Made by a program: the position numbers and the translations under genes. The notes beneath the pieces are model-generated. The model was given only the letters and a program-made list of their open reading frames with translations, did no database searches and was not told the DNA's origin. Shown here one piece after another: positions 57,195 through 64,000 of a stretch of DNA of 64,000 nt. Source of the DNA: Octopus vulgaris (taxonomy: Eukaryota); contig OX597821.1 of assembly GCA_951406725.2 (NCBI GenBank), positions 41,788,001 to 41,852,000 of the forward strand, in the 5' to 3' direction. Within the stretch, counting starts at the first letter, position 1, and each line of letters begins with the position of its first letter.

Positions 57195-57685
57195 ATGTGT
57201 TGTGTAAGCATCATGAACTGCATTAGAGATGCTGAGAAATCATCTCGTAGAGACCAATTGTGCCAAAAAAGCACCGATTATACAGGCAGAAGAATCCCAT
57301 CAGCATTGGTGGTAGGACTACTGTATCACGGGATTTCAGCGTATTTTCGCATCGTCAGTAATAGGCACCGAAACACAGACTGCAGGGCCTTAACCTTGTC
57401 AGACCGTTACAAAAACTGCTTTCGTTATTAATAGCTGTACACAGCCTATCTGTGTTTTGCAACATTACTGACAGCTTTGTCACTGTTAAGCAACATCGTA
57501 GCGTTCGGTGTTTAGGTTTCTGCTGGTGATGATGCAAAAATATGCTGAAATCACGTGATACAATAGTCCTAACACCGGTGCTGACGAAATTTGCCTGTTG
57601 ATATAATTTGTGCCTTTTAGCACTATTTGTCTTTAAGAGATGATTTCCTAGGACAATTGCAGTAGTTTATGGCGTTTACAGAACA
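57195..57685. mobile_element. Old diverged fold-back element, arms about 220 bp
   Basis: taggactactgtatcacgggatttcagcgtatttt / aaaatatgctgaaatcacgtgatacaatagtccta and flanking weaker matches. Confidence 0.75.
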
Positions 57686-57841
57686 CTTCCAGTTAGATGC
57701 ACAAATTAACATTCGTTACAAACACTACTTCCGTCGTTAATAGCTGGTATATGCATGTATGTATGTATGTATGTATGTATGTATTCATGTTTGTACTCGA
57801 CCGGTTTTATCGTCCAAATGTATTAAATATTTATTTTGTTG

Positions 57842-58245
57842 AAGGCGCATGACTCACTGGTTATAGCGTTGAGCTTACAATCATGAAGTAGTGAGTTCGA
57901 TTCCACGACCGGGTTGTGTGCTGTGTTCTTGAGCAAGACTTTTTATTTCACGTGGCGAACCCTGCTGTACTCTTTTACCACAACTTTCTCTCACTCTTTT
58001 TTCCTGTTTCTGTTGTAACTGTAATTTCAAAGAGCCAGCCTTGTCATACTCTGTGTCACGCTGAATCTCCCCGAGAACTACGTTAAGGATACACGCCGCC
58101 CTATTCAGCATTTTAATATTAAAAGAAAATTTTAGGCAATGAGCTGACAAAATCGATACCGCAGCGGACAAAGTGCTTAGGGGCATTTCGTCTGTTGATC
58201 GGATCTACTAGAACCTGCGTCGTCGTAACCGACGGAGTGCCACGA
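57842..58245 (+). mobile_element. SINE family C with an internal foreign patch (58094-58193)
   Basis: Head ggcgcatgactcactggttatagcg; tail cgtcgtcgtaaccgacggagtg. Confidence 0.78.
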
Positions 58246-58590
58246 TTTACTTATTTACTTATTTCAAATACAAATGTATTTAATATTTATTTATTCCATA
58301 TTCTACTGAGGTGATAGAGCCAGAACTTGTCCTTGTTCTGATTAAAGATGAATATGAAACGGGGGAAATGATTCATCTTTAGGGCCAGCTTTGATAGTCG
58401 TGATATACATGGTATTAAGATATTCAGTGAAAGTTATCGACCAGCTTTAATCATAGCTTCAAACACAGTCCCGCAGAGAATTTCCACCTACGTCACAATT
58501 CTTTTTCATAAAACGCAAGTAAAAAGAAGAAAAACATAGATGTGAATTTCATTAGATTGGCCTTAGTGTATTACTGGTATTTAATTTATC

Positions 58591-58825
58591 AAGGCGGTGA
58601 GCTGGCAGAGACGTTAGCACGCCGGGCGAAATGCTTAGCGGTATTTCGTCTGCCGTTACGTTCTGAGTTCAAATTCCGCCGAGGTCGACTTTGCCTTTCA
58701 TCCTTTCGGGATCGATAAATTAAATACCAGTTGCGCATTGGGTCGATATAATCGACTTAATCCGTTTGTCTGTCTTTGTTTGTCCTCTCTGTGTTTAGCC
58801 CCTTGTGGGTAGTAAAGAAATAGGT
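58591..58825 (+). mobile_element. SINE family A, full length
   Basis: Family consensus match. Confidence 0.92.
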
Positions 58826-59269
58826 ATTTATTTTCGAGTTGCAGTTAAGCTATTTTATTTTGTTTACATAACTATTTGAGTGTAAAAAGGTATGACGGTC
58901 ACAACTTCCTATTTCACTTGATTAGAATTAAAGAAGATAAATATTTGAAGTTAACGATTCGTGCAGCTTGACATTAAAGTGGCGATAACACATGAGAAAT
59001 AAATGCGTGTCTATGTCTGGGACAACATTGTCAAACGTGACCTTTGTTATGTGAGATTTAAGGGAAATTTTACTCTTGTTTCTAGCAAATATTTCTGGAA
59101 CGGCGCAATTAGAGACTGCAGTGAAGTTGTTTATCTTCAGAAACAGACAAATGATCCGGTTCATTAATTAAATGACGTAAAATAATTTAAATTAAGATCT
59201 TTTACACGCTTGCAGTGATTTCTGACAAACAAAATCGAAAAATTTGGTTTGTTGGTTGGTTGGTTGGTT

Positions 59270-59950
59270 GGGGATAAAGTCGATTAGATCAACTGTGATA
59301 CTCAACATTTTAATATTGGCTTCAAATTTTGGTACAACACCAGCAGATTTGGGGGAGACGGGTTAACTCGATTACATCGCTACCCCCCCCCCCCAGTATT
59401 TTATTGACCCCGAAAGGATGAAAAGCCAAGTCAACCTCGGCGGAATTTGAACTCAGAACATGAAGACAAACAAAATGCTGGCATGCTAACGATTCGGCCA
59501 GCTCGCCGCTGTACTCAACATTTTAATGTTCTTTTCTACTCTAGGCACAAGGCCCGAAACTTTTGGGAAGGGACCTAGTCGATTATATCGACCCCAGTAC
59601 GCAGCTGGTACTTAATTTATCGACCCCGAAAGGATAAAAAGCCAAGTCAACCTCGGCGGAAATTGAACTCAGAACGTAAAGACAAACAAAAGCATTTCGC
59701 CAGGCGTGCTAACGTTTCTGCCAGCTCGCCGCCCTATTCAGCATTTTAATATCAAAAAAAAATTTTAGGCGATGAGCTGCAGCGGACAAAGCGCTTAGTG
59801 GCATTTCGTCTGTCTTAACATTCTGAATCGAAATTCAGCCGAAGTCGACTTTGCTTTTCATCCGTTTCGGGGTCGATAAATACCAGCTGAGCACTGGAGT
59901 CGATGTAATCGACTTACCCACTGCTGGCCTTGTGCCAAAATTTGAAATCA
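59270..59950. mobile_element. Cluster of SINE A-related copies: two tandem on minus (about 59315-59733) and one on plus (59766-59950)
   Basis: Units separated by recurring tactcaacattttaat / tattcagcattttaat. Confidence 0.8.
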
Positions 59951-59976
59951 ATATTAAAAGAAAGTTGTAGTAAAGA

Positions 59977-60130
59977 TTGTTTGCCAATATAACATGGCAG
60001 TCCTGGTTTAGGACGAATGTTGCTGTAATTTAGATCCTGTCGTATAGCCAGCTAGAGACGATGTCTCCAGGAGCTTAATTACAGCAACATTCGTCCTAAA
60101 CCAGGGCTGCCATGTTATGTTGGCAAACAA
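59977..60130. mobile_element. Fold-back family P2, near-perfect arms of about 55 bp
   Basis: ttgtttgccaatataacatggcagtcctggtttaggacgaatgttgctgtaatt and its reverse complement; 12-bp direct repeat taaaagaaagtt at 59955 and 60143. Confidence 0.85.
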
Positions 60131-60316
60131 ATAACAATGTTCTAAAAGAAAGTTTCTCTTAATAGTATTTGTAGAGTAACAAGTGCTAGTCTTGCAGAGC
60201 AGTTGTAAACCTTTTTATATCAACCGATGTGAGATCGCCCCTGACAGGGACTTCACGGTTTAAAGTTAGCTGCAGCAACAAACAACATTCCTCACCTTAC
60301 CAAATGAGATTCCATT

Positions 60317-60665
60317 TTAAACTCCTCGATACTGTCCTTGGTTCTCTTATACAATCTTCCTGTTTTTAAAAGATCTAACTGAAAACTTTCCATCGAAATT
60401 TCATATTATGCTCAAAGCATTATCTTAATAAGGACAAAGTTATTTTACTAAATCCTTCGTCATCTTCGAAATTAATTGAGACAAAAGAAGTTATATTTCA
60501 ACAGGAATATGGTAACAAAAGTGTTAAAGTGATCTAAATATTAAAGTTTTTCATTAAAATTTCATATTAATTAATCTTCCAATGGAATTATTTTACTAAA
60601 TTCTTGATTATTTAAAAAATGAATTGAAACAACGGCAAAAATGTATCAACAGAAACACTAACGAT
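60317..60665. mobile_element. Degenerate piggyBac-like MITE plus partial tandem copy
   Basis: End ggtaacaaaagtgTTAA; aaatttcatatta...ttattttactaaat duplicated at about 60395 and 60557. Confidence 0.4.
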
Positions 60666-60681
60666 TCTTGTGGCTCTTGCC

Positions 60682-60759
60682 TCTTTAGCGACTTCAGATA
60701 TTGCTTATGAAATATTGCCCGGACAATATCTGATAAGCAGTATCTGAAGTCGCTAAAGA
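60682..60759. other. 78-nt hairpin with imperfect stem of about 36 bp
   Basis: tctttagcgacttcagatattgcttat / ataagcagtatctgaagtcgctaaaga, extended by atattg/caatat, 6-nt loop. Confidence 0.8.
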
Positions 60760-61343
60760 TGCAATAAATTGAATTTGAAAATGTGGGTAAATTAGAGCTG
60801 GTGAAAGTGATTCTTGTAGCCGTAATCGTCGTTGCAGAATAGACTGCTGACCCGGTCATCAACTGTGGGTTGAATTAAGGAGTAGCTGAAGCTGGGTCAG
60901 TTGTTCTTGTTGTTGTTGTGGTGGTGGTGGTGGTGCTCGTGGTGGCAACGGCGGTGCTGGTGATTGTCCTTGTTGCTGTTGAAAAGTATGTGAAGAATTG
61001 TTGCTGGAGTTGGAGATTTATGATAGTAAACTCATCAAAAAGTCATTTTATTTCTACTAGTCAGAGAGGATTCGCGAAAAAGGAAAAAAAAGTTTTGAAA
61101 TTTCCCAAAATATACATTCAGAAAGTATTTTACAGGTTAGAACTTTCACTGAATAATTTTTCTTACTCTTTGAATAAATTTTATACTGAAATTATTTTGT
61201 GTTTAACTAAAAAAGAATAGCTTTGAAGAAATTGAAAAAAAAAATTGCTTGAACCGAAATCTCTTTTAATTTAAGAAATTGTTACTCTTACTACGATATT
61301 CTACCTTAGAATTAATTATTGCGAATATCGGTGCCCAAAAATA

Positions 61344-62172
61344 ATGAATCACTACCGAAAAAGAAAACTGAAGCAATCATTGCTGAATTTCCAATCTGAT
61401 TCATCTAATAATGCTAAACAGAAGAGAATTGCAAACGAAGTTTCGCAGCCCAAGGGAGGTCTTGCAAATTCTTTGACACCCTCATTGGATTATCTAGGAC
61501 AGGTCGACTGCCAACCAGTACAGCCAGTTCCAGCAAAGTTTGATCCAAAAATTTATGGAAATCAGAGACGTGACTTCTCGTCAAGCTGGTATACTGGTCG
61601 TTTATGGTTAGAGTATTCTCTTTCAAAGAAAACCTTGTTTTGTTTTGCTTGTCGGCACATTAATACTGCTGCTCAAGTTGATATGTGTTTTATTAAAAAT
61701 GAATATTCTAATTGGCATCATGCAAAAGAAAAAAAAAAACAAATGTTTAAATAAGCACGCAAACTCTGCATCCTATATCCAAACTATGGTAACATGGAAG
61801 GAATGTCAACAGCATTTATCCACAACATCCGTGTCTTCAATCTTGCAAAACGATCAGTTGAGCAAAAACCCGTTATTATATCAGTTCCATTGTTGATATT
61901 GTTCAATTTCTTTGTGCAAACGAATTGCCTTTTCGAGGAAACGAAAATGAAGCTTTTCAGGATCTTTATTCGGAAGATGACACACAGCCTTGTGGTCTTT
62001 TTATGAAATTATTCCAGTACACATTAGAGAAAGACTCAAAGCTAATGGAATGTTACAGCACGATTCCAAAAAATGCGACCTACACCTCAGCAGCAATGCA
62101 AAACGAAATCATCGAATTGTTGAGAAGACACACTGTCAGCCTTATGGTCAATGTTTATTTGAAATTATATAA
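61344..62172 (+). pseudogene. Frameshifted, truncated hAT transposase (TTF-type zinc finger plus DUF4371-like region)
   Basis: RDFSSSWY...WLEYSLSKKTLFCFACRH; KHANSASY; LPFRGNENE...GLFMKL...NATYTSAAMQNEIIELL spread over three frames; TIR-like ctggctacgtggctg with subterminal agcaccccca repeats at 62505-62564. Confidence 0.85.
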
Positions 62173-63290
62173 AAAAATAATGTTTAAAGATTTGGCTGTT
62201 ATCTCTAGCATGTAGAAAGACCTTTTAAGCTTAACTATGTGCTTCTTGAAAATCATTTTTGAAAATATTGGAGTCGATACATTCGACTAACAATTCTTCG
62301 AAGTGATGCCCCAGCATGGCCTCAGTTTAATGATTGCAACAAGTAAAATGAAAATAAAAACAAGATATATCAGAAGTTTTAACCAGGTTAGGCGTCAAGA
62401 AATGTGAAAACAAAAAAAAAAACGAAAAAAATAACCGAAAAATATAAGCATGGAGCTTTTGTCCACTTTCACACTTTGAGTAGGAGATTTTGTCCATACC
62501 CCTGTTCAGCACCCCCAGCTATCAAGATAGCACCCCCAGTTGCAATCGGCTGGCTACGTGGCTGAGCCCCAGTCAACCTTGATCAAATAAACTTATAGCA
62601 TGGAGGTAGTTGGTCGAATGATAATGTGCAGCCTACAGTTTCACAGATCTGACCATATTTTCCATTTGCCTGAAGCCTGGACTATTACATTACGACATGC
62701 AATAATTAGCTGTACAGATTGCAGTGTAATAAATAGCCTCGGATTACAATTTGGTATGTTCCTGTCTGGCGGTAAAACTGATGAGATTAAGTTTCTGTTC
62801 TATCGACCAGTGCCGTGGTTGGTGAACAGTGACGATAATGAAACTGCTGTATGATTATTTTGAACGGATTAGATTTGCATTTAGTTCTATGCAATCGTTT
62901 GTCACTTATTGTAGAATATATGTCTAGAGAGAATATTCCAGGACAAACGGGATGATCACCTCTAAGACGGCGATCGAAATAAAAAAAGGCGACATATCAA
63001 AGGGAGATAATATCATTAGCAATAACAAAATTTTAAGTAAGAGAAATAACTCTTCCACAGACAATTTCTTTAATGCAAGAGTAATTGCCCTTGTATATCT
63101 ATTTTGTCGATTTCAGTGTCCAGATTTCTAAGTTTATCAAAATGAGTTGTTGATCACAGCAGAAACAATGACAAGGTCAAATCTCTCTCCATCTCCTTCT
63201 CTCCCCTTCTCTTATATAATATCAAAAGTTATTCATTACTGATGCTTGAATTTTTTTTTTTTAAATTAGATTGATATTAGAATGTATTAT

Positions 63291-63505
63291 TTATTTCTTT
63301 ATTGCCCACAAGGGGCTAAACATAGTGGGGACAAACAAGGACAGACAAACAGATGAGGTCGATTTACTGGTACTTATTTAAACGACCCCGAAAGGATGAA
63401 AGGCAAACTCGACCTCGGCGGAATTGGAACTCAGAACGTAACGGCAGACGAAATACCGCTAGACATTTCGCCCGGCGTGCTAACGATTCTGCCAGCTCGC
63501 CGCTT
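63291..63505 (-). mobile_element. SINE family A
   Basis: Family match; TSD-like tattagaat on both flanks. Confidence 0.88.
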
Positions 63506-64000
63506 TATTAGAATTTATGATTATTAATTAGTTAATGCCGGGTTGGTAAGGAGTAAACAAAGATCATGGAATTCAATCTCTTCGTTATTTAGTTACGTCC
63601 CTCTGTGTTCTCTTCAAAACCGTCCAAGGTTGACGTTCTGTGTTCCCTATATCCGTCAGAATCGATAATATATTTCCAAGCAGAGAACCCTATCAAACTT
63701 CTCCCTAAAACTGTGGCCTGCTACATAGATTAGACATTTCTATTAGAGTATACACATGGTCAGGAAAGGTTATTACAATGGCTTTAGGCAAGAACTCAGA
63801 GTAAGCTGCTGCTGCACTTTGTGCGTGGAGCAGAGCATATGTGATGCTCTTAGTTTGCTTTATTACTCACTAAATCGACAAACAGCCTGAGCTGAACAGA
63901 CAGACAGACGAGTGTGTGTGGATCTCCGTTGTTTAACGTTGTGAATTCACTTACTTTATCAACCGATTCATCTGTCCCTAAGAGGCTGAGTATTCCACAG

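Noticed and set aside
61344-62215. Domesticated ZMYM1-like host gene
   Set aside because: At least two frameshifts, truncation before the catalytic domain and a TIR-like end nearby indicate a dead hAT element
63780-64000. Possible promoter or exon edge (unique sequence, minus-strand donor-like cacttac near 63950)
   Set aside because: Truncated by the window end; no ORF or motif support

Overview
AT-rich eukaryotic non-coding DNA, most likely intronic or intergenic sequence of an octopus-like cephalopod. That assignment is inferred from the tRNA-derived SINE types and the extreme (TA)n/(TATG)n/(GATA)n/(GT)n load. No intact protein-coding gene is supportable, and almost all listed ORFs are microsatellite read-throughs. 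The window is a nested mosaic of three tRNA-headed SINE families, decayed Tc1/mariner elements (DD34D mariner, DD37D maT, DD41D rosa), hAT and piggyBac MITEs, a frameshifted hAT transposase and two non-autonomous Helitron families. The most interesting signal is a set of short non-coding inserts lying mostly inside (TA)n tracts. They carry minimal type-I hammerhead ribozyme folds and/or long fold-back arms, the signature of Penelope-like pseudo-LTRs or retrozyme-like elements. One six-copy family has a fixed non-canonical core (CUGUNGA-A) and varies at the positions a hammerhead tolerates. Several inserts sit in the internal microsatellite of one SINE family. Coordinates were read by eye, so element ends are approximate. 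No search or folding program was run.
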